DNA from: Gnetum montanum
Lineage: Eukaryota; Plantae; Gnetophyta
NCBI GenBank assembly: GCA_015680685.1
Contig: MNCI01000135.1
Span: forward strand, 1-64,000
Length of the DNA: 64,000 bases
Direction: 5' to 3'
Part shown: positions 63,721 to 64,000 of the stretch, in pieces
How the letters are laid out: every line of letters starts with the position of its first letter
How positions within the stretch are numbered: the stretch's first letter is position 1
Program-made: the position numbers and the translations under genes
Notes under the pieces: generated by a model
The model's database searches: none
What the model saw: only the letters and a program-made list of their open reading frames with translations
Told to the model about the DNA's origin: nothing

Positions 63721-64000
63721 AATGAACCATCCAATATGCACTTGGATAATCAGTAGCCAGAAGTCTTTTAGAATCCCCTATAAGCTAGAAACATCATTTT
63801 AGCTTTTAAGATAAAAGATAAAGCTCAAAACTCTCCACCTAAAGAGTCATATATCATTGGTTTGATTACACTACCCCTTAATCAAAGCCAAGTCACCTTG
63901 TCCTAGTTTCATGTCGTATTAGTGCAACCTTGATTGACCAACATCCTGCTACATCCCACCCTATTACATACTCCTATCACTTCACTCTTGCAACTCAACC

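Overview
AT-rich, CpG/CHG-depleted plant intergenic DNA with no intact host gene, built almost entirely of old, nested retroelements. It contains the 3' end of a Ty3/Gypsy element (integrase, small extra ORF, PPT, 3' LTR 2135-5545), a minus-strand gag-protease remnant, and a four-level nest. In that nest a Tat-type pol carrying an extra archaeal-like RNase H is split by an Athila-like element (16511-40804, TSD AACAC), which holds two solo LTRs, one of them interrupted by a Ty1/Copia element. Further right are a non-autonomous SIRE-like Copia element (45425-50457), a LINE remnant, a SINE with a TSD, a young solo LTR inside a Tekay-like RT, and another gag fragment. The main observation is one LTR family present in three copies (2135-5545, 22616-25482, 26684-34774). 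The copies share about 30 bp at the 5' end and a ~1.3-1.4 kb TATA/R/U5 core. Between these parts each carries a different 1.5-2.4 kb U3 stretch containing short, apparently intron-less host-gene fragments in both orientations (CHX antiporter, PLS-PPR, LRR, ABCG/PDR, 2OG dioxygenase). This looks like a gene-capturing ('Pack-LTR') system. All protein assignments come from manual translation and motif recognition; no database searches were run.
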